From the IMG/VR virus record IMGVR_UViG_3300009503_000018, positions 1-64,000 of that record: a stretch of 64,000 bases of DNA; one strand, written 5' to 3'. The notes below the pieces were generated by a model that searched no databases, had not been told where the DNA came from, and saw nothing but the letters and a program-made list of their open reading frames with translations. Shown in pieces: positions 28,538 through 37,198 of this stretch. Position 1 is the stretch's first letter, and each line of letters opens with the position of its first letter. The translations under genes and the position numbers were made by a program. The stretch is from a virus.

Positions 28538-29147
28538 AGCGCTCTTGCTTCCCCCACTTCTTTGCAGTTTTTAGCGAATCCGATAGTATATCCAAACGGT
28601 ACCCTTTGATTGCACCGCCCACATCTTGCGCCTGGTACCATCCAAATCCTTCGATCCATACCCACGATCCGAGCGGAATCAACGTAGGATCTACGGCCAC
28701 AATGTTCTTCCGCGCATCGGTCAGCATCATCGTCGCCGTATGCTTGCGATCTCGATCTGCGTTCATGCCGCCTGCTTTCGGCACATACTGTGTGATTTTG
28801 AATTTCCGACCCCACGAACGCGATCCCACAGCGGCGATTTGGTTTGAGGCATTGAGCACGTCAATGTGAGATCGCGACAATGCAGACAATGCAGTCGTTG
28901 CCGCGTGTTCTCTTTTTCGCGATTGTCCAAGCTCTTGCTGACTCAAGGCATAGGATCGAGCATACCACACTGCCGATCCCCATCCACCACTGCCAAAGAC
29001 TACAGCCGCCAAAAAACATCCGGTTAGCCATCGAGTCCGACGACGAAGAACGCGGATGGTCTTTTGCTCTCGGGCGTATGCTTTCGGATCGACGACAATC
29101 GCCGATCCCCAATCGTTGGTTTGCATCCCACCTATGATAATTGCCAA
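28503..29147 (-). CDS. Membrane-anchored 3D-domain (MltA-like) peptidoglycan-related protein
   Basis: TM segment, then ITQY...VAVDPTLIPLGS...YQAQDVGGAIKGYRLDI (three Asp). Confidence 0.88.
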   Translation of the reverse strand: MAIIIGGMQTNDWGSAIVVDPKAYAREQKTIRVLRRRTRWLTGCFLAAVVFGSGGWGSAVWYARSYALSQQELGQSRKREHAATTALSALSRSHIDVLNASNQIAAVGSRSWGRKFKITQYVPKAGGMNADRDRKHTATMMLTDARKNIVAVDPTLIPLGSWVWIEGFGWYQAQDVGGAIKGYRLDILSDSLKTAKKWGKQERFAIVVPPNRES

Positions 29148-29189
29148 TTACGCCGAAGTCAAGACACGTATTCTATTGCAAACGGCATA

Positions 29190-29426
29190 TCAGTCTCTGC
29201 ACAAATTGTCAATGACTTCGTAAACTTCTTCAAGATCCGTATAACGATGTAATCTCCGCAGTTTTTGCAGCAACCCAAGAAATTTTTGGATTCTCAAATC
29301 TGGATATGCGGTCAAATCTATATCAGAAGCTTCTCCTCGATAGATCAAAACAAGCGCTTCTAAACTCGCATCCGGCCAGCTCTCTAAATATTGTAATAAT
29401 GCCTTTTTAACTTCATTCATGTTCAT
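29190..29426 (-). CDS. Hypothetical protein
   Basis: 78 aa. Confidence 0.55.
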   Translation of the reverse strand: MNMNEVKKALLQYLESWPDASLEALVLIYRGEASDIDLTAYPDLRIQKFLGLLQKLRRLHRYTDLEEVYEVIDNLCRD

Positions 29427-29511
29427 GAACAGGGGAGCAAAATTCAGTCACTTTATACAACTCTGTACTTCAGATAACGAATTAGGTAACACAAAATGTC
29501 GGCACAGCGAA

Positions 29512-29695
29512 CTGACATACTCACGACTTTAGTCGTGGGGTTCTGAGGTTAGCGTCCTTCACGCCAGAGCCTCTTTAGGGGTATCAGTGCTCCCTTTGCC
29601 AGAAACTCTTTCTTCTGGCAATCGAGTATGCCTTGATGTCTCAGCGAAATTACGAAGGACGCACCACGACTGCGACTGAAGTCGTGGGCTTTCCC
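29512..29695 (-). mobile_element. Miniature non-coding IS200/IS605-family remnant (both end hairpins, no tnpA/tnpB)
   Basis: Minus strand begins GAAAGCCCACGACTTCAGTCG..GTGG and ends GAACCCCACGACTAAAGTCGTGAGTATGTCA, resembling IS605/IS1341 subterminal hairpins and right end. Confidence 0.65.
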
Positions 29696-29831
29696 GCTCA
29701 TGTGTCGTAAATGCCGACATTTTGTGTCGTATTAGGCGATACGCCGCACGTCGTTGCTAATTCATGATTTAGTACGGCTCGTCGTCTTACGTTCAACGCG
29801 TGCGCTTTATGCATCGCCAACTATTTTCAAA

Positions 29832-29903
29832 TTGGGGCAGTGGGAGTCGAACCTCACATCGAGCGCTTATAAGGCGCTTGCTCTGCCGTTGAGCTACACC
29901 CCA
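29832..29903 (-). tRNA. tRNA-Ile (anticodon UAU)
   Basis: Cloverleaf: D stem GCTC/GAGC, anticodon arm AGCGC-CTTATAA-GCGCT, GGTTCGACTCC; one bulge in the T stem; CCA not encoded. Confidence 0.82.
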
Positions 29904-29992
29904 ATAGAGTGAAGTACATTGCTGCGTGAATGAACACACAGGAGGAGCACCCTATTTTGAGCTAGAGACTACGCAATGTACTCCACTCCTTC

Positions 29993-30098
29993 TTGCCTGG
30001 TTTATTTGCCTGGTTTATTTACACAATATTGAGCCAAAAACTCAAGGCTCCCCAGGCATATACACAATATTGAGCCAAAACTCAAGGCTCCCCAGGCA
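29993..30098. repeat. Nested direct/inverted repeats upstream of tRNA-Ile
   Basis: ttgcctggttta x2; tacacaatattgagccaaaa(a)ctcaaggctccccaggca at 30020-30058 and 30061-30098. Confidence 0.9.
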
Positions 30099-30129
30099 AA
30101 ACAAATTGTAGCAGCTTTTCCGAACAAAG

Positions 30130-30444
30130 TCAAGAACACGCACAGGTCCCTGCGCTTACGACCATACCACACTCACTACACGACCGCGGTTCACACATTG
30201 GTTTTGACTTTGCTTTTGCTTTAATACGAATTTCCATGCGTGGGCGCCCAGGTCGCTTAGAACGAATCAATTCGGTCTCAATTAGCTCTTCTTGTTCCAT
30301 ATTGTGCAAAATTTCGTCGAGCTTTTGAGGAGTCACTTGCCGCTGGAGACGGCGGAGTAAAAGGTAGCGAGGGAGAAAGCCGTTCGCTTCTTCGAGGTGT
30401 GCTAGGATATATGCTTTGATGTAATCCGCAGTTCTCATGACCAC
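30130..30444 (-). CDS. Winged-helix DNA-binding protein
   Basis: ILAHL...LDEILHNMEQEELIE...GRPRMEIRI. Confidence 0.6.
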   Translation of the reverse strand: MVMRTADYIKAYILAHLEEANGFLPRYLLLRRLQRQVTPQKLDEILHNMEQEELIETELIRSKRPGRPRMEIRIKAKAKSKPMCEPRSCSECGMVVSAGTCACS

Positions 30445-30788
30445 AAAAAATCTTAGTGGTACTTTATGGTAAGTGATGGTATAAATAATTATTGAATAAT
30501 AAATTTATAAGTACTTGTAAATAAACAGAAAGTGTATTTCATGATCATGACTTCAGTATCTTCATGAATTATTTATACCAACACTACACCCTATTCTCTA
30601 CCAAAATTTTTTCGTCGCCCCTTCTTGGTCTTTTTCGTATTTTTCGTCTTTCTGAGTTCTGCGACACGCTGTGACAAATACACAATCTTCTTCTTCCGAC
30701 AAATGGGCATATGATGTCGCCAACTCCATCGGAAAATTTTCTTTTTACAATGGGGGCAAATTTTATGCAAAAGGAACATAGTGTTTCC

Positions 30789-30977
30789 TTATTGTATTGT
30801 TGCTTCTTCGATTGGAGAAAATCGTAAAGCCCACCGCCGTAAATTAGAATAGGGCTGTCCCACAAACCGGCGAACAATGGGCGGACCATGTACAATAATA
30901 TCGTTCTGATCTGTTTCAACAAGAACTGTGAATTGAGTACAACTCAAATATCGCGCTATGGAAGATTGGTATACCAC
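30789..30977 (-). CDS. Hypothetical protein
   Basis: 62 aa; PPIVRRFVGQP..NL.RW. Confidence 0.55.
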   Translation of the reverse strand: MVYQSSIARYLSCTQFTVLVETDQNDIIVHGPPIVRRFVGQPYSNLRRWALRFSPIEEATIQ

Positions 30978-31234
30978 TTTTCAGCCATTGTCCGCGCGGA
31001 GTCAATTCGCATTCCATGTGCGTCGTACAAATCGACATACAGCTTCGCCAGCATTGGGGCTGGAAGAGCACTGATCATCTGTCGCAGTGCATCAACATCC
31101 GCCTTGGTCTTCGGCTCTGGAAGTGTAGTCTGTGCAGATGAAGATGCCGTTGTCATTGGCCATCCCCACCAACCCCCTACTGCCATAGATTTGTAGAATT
31201 CGTCAACTTCATCTTCAAATCGCGGGTAATCCAT
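30956..31234 (-). CDS. Hypothetical protein
   Basis: 92 aa. Confidence 0.55.
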   Translation of the reverse strand: MDYPRFEDEVDEFYKSMAVGGWWGWPMTTASSSAQTTLPEPKTKADVDALRQMISALPAPMLAKLYVDLYDAHGMRIDSARTMAEKWYTNLP

Positions 31235-31271
31235 AACGAACGCTCTCCTTGAATTTTACTCAATCAACTTT

Positions 31272-31673
31272 TTATAAAAGAAATTCTGTAACATCTTCGG
31301 GTCCATCAACCATGACAATCAGTCCCGGCCGTGCAACTCTAACCGCCCCTTCGCCAATTCCAATCCATTCGATTATTACACATTTCTCCATGTCCACCAA
31401 AAGGCATCGAGATGCCGTTATGTATAAATCGGATTCCACATCGTCTTGACAAACAATAGTGTCAACCAATGACCGAAGACCAATGCGGTCTATGATCCGA
31501 TTCGTTCTTTCGGAGTCTAGGGTCGAGCAGACCGCAATTTTCACGCCTCGCTGCCGTAATGATTGAAATAACGCGACTTTTCGATCATCACGACTCGATG
31601 ATTCTGGATCGGTCATATTGACCAATGCGCCTAATCCAAAAATTGCGGCCTCAAAAGACTGTTCTTGATCCAT
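31272..31673 (-). CDS. Degenerate HAD-hydrolase-like protein lacking the N-terminal DxD motif
   Basis: LRQRGVKIAVCS...RIGLRSLVDTIVCQDDV...CVIIE; motif I absent, motif IV EDS replaced by EWI. Confidence 0.55.
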   Translation of the reverse strand: MDQEQSFEAAIFGLGALVNMTDPESSSRDDRKVALFQSLRQRGVKIAVCSTLDSERTNRIIDRIGLRSLVDTIVCQDDVESDLYITASRCLLVDMEKCVIIEWIGIGEGAVRVARPGLIVMVDGPEDVTEFLL

Positions 31674-31864
31674 CTTGATCCATCTCCGATTTTTAATCTG
31701 ATATTTTAGGCCACAAGTCGATCCAAATCAGGGAATACACGAGTTCCTTTTTCCTGTCAAGAGAAAATGGAGCATTGGCAATACCTGTAAGCACTGTTGC
31801 AATACTATTGAGCAATTTATCGAATTCTTGAATTTTTGATATGTTCTTTTTCATTCTTTGTAGT

Positions 31865-31939
31865 CAATTTATTCCATGTTAATGTCTGCGTTTAATATAG
31901 AGACCAATTTATTCCATGTTAATGTCTGCGTTTAATATA
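31865..31939. repeat. 35-bp tandem repeat, 40-bp period
   Basis: caatttattccatgttaatgtctgcgtttaatata at 31865 and 31905. Confidence 0.95.
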
Positions 31940-31991
31940 AACGATCATTTAGATTTTATATTAAACTTTGCTTAACATGGAGGCCAATTTA

Positions 31992-32297
31992 TCACGTTAG
32001 AATATCGCCGTAAATCTCTTCGTCAGTTCTCATATTGCGAATTCGATAATGCATAGAATTTGGGGGGAATCTATAGTACATTACGGTTGTACCGAACCGG
32101 CCAAAAGCGACTTCAATGCAGTTCTCCTTTACCAATGCTTGCAATCCACGCAACGCCACATCAAAAGAAATCGGATAGTTATTAATGCATTGCCAAATAT
32201 TTTTATCGTTGCGATAGCAAAAGTCAATCATCCACTCATGCTCTGGAGAGGTGTCTCTTTCGCAATAAATAGTGAATATGTCGGGAGAAGGTTCCAT
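31992..32297 (-). CDS. WIIE...RNIxTGExI paralogue family member
   Basis: WMIDF...YRIRNMRTDEEIYGD. Confidence 0.7.
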   Translation of the reverse strand: MEPSPDIFTIYCERDTSPEHEWMIDFCYRNDKNIWQCINNYPISFDVALRGLQALVKENCIEVAFGRFGTTVMYYRFPPNSMHYRIRNMRTDEEIYGDILT

Positions 32298-32304
32298 AAG
32301 ATAA

Positions 32305-32682
32305 TCACATCAGAACATCACCGTAAATCCCTTCGTCAGTTCTCATATTGCGAATTCGATAATGCGTACAATTCGGGGGGAACCGGTAATAAAATACGGA
32401 CTGACCAAAATCGAGGGAGAGCCCAATACGGTTCGTATTGACCAAAGCTTGCAATCCACGCAATGCCACATCAAAAGAAATCGGATAGTTATTAATGCAT
32501 TGCCAGATATTAATTGTCGCAATGCTTATGAAATATTCAATCACCCACTCATATTTTGGAGATGGGTCTCTTTTGCAATAAATAGTGAATGTGTCGGGAG
32601 CATGTTCCATATTGTGAACTGATTCGATTTCTGCTATCCCGTCCGCATTGTACTGAATTTCGTGGACGCGGATGTGTATCAT
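32305..32682 (-). CDS. WIIE...RNIxTGExI paralogue family member (tandem duplicate of 31992-32297)
   Basis: WVIEY...YRIRNMRTDEGIYGD; extensive DNA identity to neighbour. Confidence 0.7.
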   Translation of the reverse strand: MIHIRVHEIQYNADGIAEIESVHNMEHAPDTFTIYCKRDPSPKYEWVIEYFISIATINIWQCINNYPISFDVALRGLQALVNTNRIGLSLDFGQSVFYYRFPPNCTHYRIRNMRTDEGIYGDVLM

Positions 32683-32731
32683 ACATTACTTTTGTTCGAT
32701 CTCAAAGAATAGGACTCCGAACGAGGACTGT

Positions 32732-33067
32732 TCACAGTACATGAAAAACATGTGATAAAGAAAAGAGAACAACCGTCAAATATACCACGAGGAGAAATCG
32801 CCAGGCTGTTTGCACCAGAGGTCGATGCCTCCACGGAATGGACAATGTCAGCAATCCCGTTTTATACAAAAAAATCATCATCATGGCTTGTGGCAATCCA
32901 TGCACTCCAATCAAATATTTGACAATCGGATTCAATTCGACCACGTCATGACGTGCAGTCAATCCGATGTAGGTCGTGATGGAATCCAAAGCAAATAGGC
33001 AAATCAAAAAACCATAAAGAAAAAACTGGGAATTCTTTTTTACATAGTTTTGCATAAAAAACTCCAC
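32732..33067 (-). CDS. Membrane protein, DUF5658-like
   Basis: LDSITTYIGL...ELNPIV, three hydrophobic helices. Confidence 0.7.
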   Translation of the reverse strand: MEFFMQNYVKKNSQFFLYGFLICLFALDSITTYIGLTARHDVVELNPIVKYLIGVHGLPQAMMMIFLYKTGLLTLSIPWRHRPLVQTAWRFLLVVYLTVVLFSLSHVFHVL

Positions 33068-33162
33068 ACGAACCAGCTCAGATATGCTCCGACCAGAACG
33101 CCATAAACAAATGCAATGTCGCTGTCACGCATAAATTTTCACCCAATAGTCTTTGCTCATTC

Positions 33163-33420
33163 CTATTTTACAAATGTTGGCAATATTGGCAAAAGGTGCC
33201 ACATTGCCGTATCTCTAGGATCGACAGAACGACAGGACGCTAACGCCCGTCTTTCCTCATCCTGAATGAGGAGATCGTACAAAGAAACTGTGGCGTAGGA
33301 AACCGCTAGACGAAGCGTCTGTTTATGCTCCTTCGACAGGATTTCGTCATTGACGCGATCAAGCGCGTCCAGCGCTTCATCAAATTTTCTTTGCCATTCC
33401 TCAAATTCTTTCGGAGTCAT
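33163..33420 (-). CDS. Hypothetical protein
   Basis: 85 aa. Confidence 0.55.
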   Translation of the reverse strand: MTPKEFEEWQRKFDEALDALDRVNDEILSKEHKQTLRLAVSYATVSLYDLLIQDEERRALASCRSVDPRDTAMWHLLPILPTFVK

Positions 33421-33484
33421 AATGAATGATTTTTCTTTTTATAAACTACTTATTGGAGTGTATGGCATAGACTACGCACCGTTA

Positions 33485-33655
33485 TTACAATCTCGATCTC
33501 TCTTCACGCGCGGCACGCTGTCCCTGAATATAGCCGCTACGATACATAGGATTGGGCGAGGTCAATGCGGTGATAAGACGAATGCCGTTGCGCGCGTCCA
33601 AATAGCCATTGCGCCATGCATCACGCCACGTTGGATCACTGGGATACTCGGTCAT
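33485..33655 (-). CDS. Small protein with twin GY..G motifs (Rmf-like pattern), 56 aa
   Basis: MTEYPSDPTWRDAWRNGYLDARNG...NPMYRSGYIQGQRAAREERSRL; AGGAG upstream. Confidence 0.45.
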   Translation of the reverse strand: MTEYPSDPTWRDAWRNGYLDARNGIRLITALTSPNPMYRSGYIQGQRAAREERSRL

Positions 33656-33786
33656 TTGTACTCCTCTTCTAAAATTCGAGAATATCAGGATTGATGATCA
33701 ATGTCAATAATCTTTGGCCTGTGCGTAAAACATATAGGAAGACATAGCGCTTGGATCGGCACAGACCGAGGACCATCCTCGGCGTA

Positions 33787-34200
33787 CTATTTCCACTGAA
33801 TGCCGGCTCGAAATACCGGCATGACTTCGTACCGGAATTGTGGGCTTAAATGTATTACACAATGATAGGTAAATCCCGCATTTGCAATGCGCCGTAGAAC
33901 AGTATCCGCCCATTCCTTTTCTTTGTCGTGCTGTGGATCAATTAGTAACAGAAAGTACACATCCTGATAAATCACGCGCAGAGCATCGAATGCTTTTTCA
34001 AGTCGGGGAAGAGTAAACACGTTCGGATATTCACCACCATATGGATCACTGTCATCGAGCAGAATTTCGTATTGTCCTATAATTTCATTTTGAAAAACTG
34101 ACGACAAATCCACTTCTTTATACAAGAGCCGACCATGTGGAATAAACACAACGCCCCGAATATGTTCTTTTTCTTTTTTTGAGTCCTTCAGTAGTAGCAT
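33787..34200 (-). CDS. Hypothetical protein
   Basis: 137 aa. Confidence 0.55.
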   Translation of the reverse strand: MLLLKDSKKEKEHIRGVVFIPHGRLLYKEVDLSSVFQNEIIGQYEILLDDSDPYGGEYPNVFTLPRLEKAFDALRVIYQDVYFLLLIDPQHDKEKEWADTVLRRIANAGFTYHCVIHLSPQFRYEVMPVFRAGIQWK

Positions 34201-34201
34201 C

Positions 34202-34627
34202 TTATAACTTGTGCTCCACGTAATGTCCGACGACGCAGTCGTACCCGCGCTCCTTCGCCGCCTCTAGTGCTTTAGCCCGTAGCTTGGCGGATACACCCGA
34301 ACGGCGCCAAATGTGCGCAACGAACGTGCCCCAGTCGTAACAAACGCGCTTCGCGCACCAACCCGGCGCCGCGCTCTCGCCCCACAGAATATATCCCACG
34401 ATCGCGCCACATGGCCCCATTTCCGCAATGAACGTCGGCTCGCCGCGTTGCGACCATTCGAGGCCCATCTTCCACAGCCGATCCACGTTTTCGTCCGTCG
34501 GCGCCAGGAGGAATCGGAATCCGTCTCGCGCTGCCTCTTCGAGACATGCACGGATCATCGACTTGAGGATAAACGAGTCTTCGGGCCGCCACGGACGAAT
34601 GTTAATCACTTGTGCCTTCTTAGCCAT
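34202..34627 (-). CDS. GNAT-family acetyltransferase (C-terminally short), starts MAKKAQ
   Basis: IRPWRPED, IVGYILW, FVAHIWRRSGVSAKL...AKERGY. Confidence 0.75.
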   Translation of the reverse strand: MAKKAQVINIRPWRPEDSFILKSMIRACLEEAARDGFRFLLAPTDENVDRLWKMGLEWSQRGEPTFIAEMGPCGAIVGYILWGESAAPGWCAKRVCYDWGTFVAHIWRRSGVSAKLRAKALEAAKERGYDCVVGHYVEHKL

Positions 34628-34743
34628 AAGGGTCTCCTTTGTTAACGGGAAAGCCTATCATACACGGGTTCGTGAATTTTGTCAATGCGCGAGTGCTATG
34701 TTTATGCCTATAGCTGCCGTAGCAAGTAGTGAATCACACTATA
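34611..34743 (-). promoter_or_regulatory. Promoter-RBS-MAKKAQ cassette copy 1 (inverted)
   Basis: TTGACA (34685-80) N17 TATGAT (34662-57), AAAGGAG, ATGGCTAAGAAGGCACA; near-identical to about 40577-40707. Confidence 0.9.
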
Positions 34744-34870
34744 TACAGTTAACTTAACTAACCCAGTTTTGGAATGCCTTGAGGATTCTCGTAGCGTACC
34801 ACTTGATACAGTTAACTTAACTAACCCAGTTTTGGAATGCCTTGAGGATTCTCGTAGCGTACCACTTGAT
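34743..34870. repeat. 63-bp-period tandem duplication of the 3' end of ORF 34817-35101
   Basis: atacagttaacttaactaacccag...cgtaccacttgat twice. Confidence 0.95.
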
Positions 34871-35101
34871 ATCTATTGACGATTGTTCCCACTCATACCA
34901 TTCTTTGGCATCAGCAACTAAATCTTTAACTTTTTCTAACAACTGTTGATCAGTCAGCAAAGCCCAATTACCGAGTTTTTTCAAGACTCTGACGGCATAC
35001 CATTTGAGGTCTGGTGACGAGCGTTCCCATGTATACCATTCGTCGGCATCAGTGACCAAATCTTTAACGCGCCAGCGCAGTCCTTCAAGGTCATTTTCCA
35101 T
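34817..35101 (-). CDS. Hypothetical protein with internal two-fold repeat
   Basis: VKDLV.DA.EWY.WE.SS.D.KWYA.R.LK...NW x2. Confidence 0.7.
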   Translation of the reverse strand: MENDLEGLRWRVKDLVTDADEWYTWERSSPDLKWYAVRVLKKLGNWALLTDQQLLEKVKDLVADAKEWYEWEQSSIDIKWYATRILKAFQNWVS

Positions 35102-35299
35102 TTATTCCTCCGAACGACGGACTAGTTCAAACCAGTTTCCGCGAGCGTATCCAAATGCGCGACCGTCCGTTGTCTCGGCATACGCGGTTTTGTTTTCTTC
35201 ATCGTAAAAAAGCAGCGCCGCATATTCATTTTTTGATAACCGCCGGTCGAGCGTTGTCATGAGCGCTCGTTCGACGGGGAATCGAATGATTTTTGACAC
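35102..35299 (-). CDS. Hypothetical protein
   Basis: 65 aa; GTG start with AGGAG. Confidence 0.6.
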   Translation of the reverse strand: MSKIIRFPVERALMTTLDRRLSKNEYAALLFYDEENKTAYAETTDGRAFGYARGNWFELVRRSEE

Positions 35300-35369
35300 G
35301 TGATTTCTCCTTTACAATCGAGTATACGGAAAAGGAACCCATGTATGACAAATACGCCATCTTCGGAAG

Positions 35370-36149
35370 TCACAATTCCAATTTTTCCAGCACGGGCATG
35401 AGGACGTAAGTGAAGCGCGGATCGCGCGACCCACGGATAACCACGGGACTGGCGTCGTCCGTGATCCCAATCGAAATGATATCGTATGCCGCATGGAGGC
35501 GCAACACATCGGTCAGGTGGCGCGTGTCGAACGCAATGGTGAGCGGCCTTGCGTCGTAACGTATCGGCAGCGCGCTGGCTTGCGGATTCGCGTCCGGCAC
35601 AACGTCGAGGCGGCCGTGGTCGAAGTGCAAACGGACGGTTGGGGAGTGCTTGGGATAGAGACGATATAAGGCGTCGAGGAACTCTTCGCACGGGACCTCA
35701 GCGGTTATACCATGAGGCTTTGGGATGGCCTCATGGTACGGAAAGGTGACATCGCGCAGCACGGGCAAGACGATGATGGAAGTGCCGTCGGTCGTCCGCA
35801 CGTCAAGGCCGCGGTCGGTCAGCGCAAGGGTCATTTGAGCGTCCGACCGGCCACCCACGAGTCGCTCGTGTAGGTCGGCCAGCGGCTTGCGCGGGATAAC
35901 GAGCCCGGGCGGTAGATCGACGGCCTCGCAGTCCCGTTCAACGACGGCGAGCCGATACCCATCGCTGGCGACCAGGCGCAGCGCGCAGGGCGGTTGGGTC
36001 TCTATGAGGACGGTGCTCAGATAGGGACGTGCCGGATCACGCCCCGCAGCGAACAGGGTCCGGTCTAGCATTTCGCGGAACGTGCGTGCGACAATCCGTA
36101 CCGTAGGGGCCGCGTCCGTACTGTTACTGAGCGTCGTTATTTTTGACAC
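35370..36149 (-). CDS. dnaN: DNA polymerase III beta sliding clamp homologue lacking domain I
   Basis: TLFAAGRDPARPYL..V, VASDGYRLA, VIPRK, FPY...IP, IAFD..HL.DVL, SPVVI...YVLMP; 259 aa starting at domain II; GC-rich relative to flanks. Confidence 0.85.
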   Translation of the reverse strand: MSKITTLSNSTDAAPTVRIVARTFREMLDRTLFAAGRDPARPYLSTVLIETQPPCALRLVASDGYRLAVVERDCEAVDLPPGLVIPRKPLADLHERLVGGRSDAQMTLALTDRGLDVRTTDGTSIIVLPVLRDVTFPYHEAIPKPHGITAEVPCEEFLDALYRLYPKHSPTVRLHFDHGRLDVVPDANPQASALPIRYDARPLTIAFDTRHLTDVLRLHAAYDIISIGITDDASPVVIRGSRDPRFTYVLMPVLEKLEL

Positions 36150-36180
36150 GTAATTTCTCCTTCATTCATTCGCTATATTG

Positions 36181-36209
36181 ACTTTACCCGGATTAGCGAA
36201 TTTTGTCAA
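36181..36209 (-). promoter_or_regulatory. Sigma70-type early promoter driving truncated dnaN
   Basis: TTGACA-aaattcgctaatccggg-TAAAGT, then GAAGGAG RBS. Confidence 0.75.
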
Positions 36210-36264
36210 TACGCAAATGCTATGTTCTCTTAGCAGCCTCCCCGGTACGTAGATGTGATCAGCG

Positions 36265-36969
36265 TCAACTCAGCGACGGGCTTGAAGACTTCTCCGTATG
36301 TGGGTTATTATTGAGTACTGTCGTTTTTCCCTTGGAACCGGGCTTCGGTTTTGCTGCCATAATATTGTTAATTTCCGGCGTGTACTTTCCAGTCTTGGGA
36401 TTGAGCTTATTCTCGATCACGAGCCGACATTCGCGACCAATGACGGTATCCTTAAAAAAAGGAATAGAAAGCTTCAAGGCATTCAACGTCTTCACCAACT
36501 TGGACTGTGAATCGAAAGTATATCGGGTATACCAACTTAGTACGCCCTTGTCTTCATGACCAATTAGGACAAAATCCCAACGAAATCCCGAATACTGATC
36601 TACTAACACAACCCGTCCAGATTGCGGCTTATTCCCTTTAAATACAGAGCTATCACGCTCGAATTGAACATTGACAACAATCGCTAAATACGTATCATCG
36701 TCGAGGCTGCCCTTAAAAAGGGGGTTGTGCTTGTACTTATTGCAAAATTTCGCTTTGAATTCGTTTTCAATACGGGATCGCCAAAGCTGACGGCGAACGA
36801 CATCTCCCCGCGTATGAGCCAAAGCACACTGTAGTTCAGTAGCGAGTAGGGCAGACCGATCTTCTTCGGATAGTGGCGATTTGACAATATCATCAAAATA
36901 TGATATGGCATTTTGCCGTCTAATATCGAATAGCTTATCGGCGGGTCGTTGTACAGTTTTGGTCGCCAT
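36265..36969 (-). CDS. Hypothetical protein (possible OB-fold ssDNA-binding C-terminal half)
   Basis: 234 aa; ..IGRECRLVIENK...YTPEINNI pattern. Confidence 0.55.
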   Translation of the reverse strand: MATKTVQRPADKLFDIRRQNAISYFDDIVKSPLSEEDRSALLATELQCALAHTRGDVVRRQLWRSRIENEFKAKFCNKYKHNPLFKGSLDDDTYLAIVVNVQFERDSSVFKGNKPQSGRVVLVDQYSGFRWDFVLIGHEDKGVLSWYTRYTFDSQSKLVKTLNALKLSIPFFKDTVIGRECRLVIENKLNPKTGKYTPEINNIMAAKPKPGSKGKTTVLNNNPHTEKSSSPSLS

Positions 36970-37198
36970 TTTTTTCTCCTTTTCTATTGCTTATATAAAT
37001 CTTACTTACCATAGTCGGTAATCAATTGCAAGTACCCCCTGTTGTCCGCAATGCGGTTTCTTTCTTCGCGGTTGTGGCGTGCGGCCTAGCGGAGTTGCGT
37101 CATGTTTCTACCTTATTCCTAATTCCTATCTTCTTCCTGCCCAGATTTCGCACGCGGCGCGCATCGGATCGTCAGAAAGCAAGAAAACGAACCGGGAT

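Noticed and set aside
29430-29830. Intact tnpB/iscB gene or group I IStron
   Set aside because: No ORF of suitable size and no recognisable group I P7 core; only end hairpins remain.
31272-31673. Functional HAD phosphatase / PNK partner for the RNA ligases
   Set aside because: The catalytic DxD motif I and the motif IV acidic residues are missing; no kinase domain is seen.
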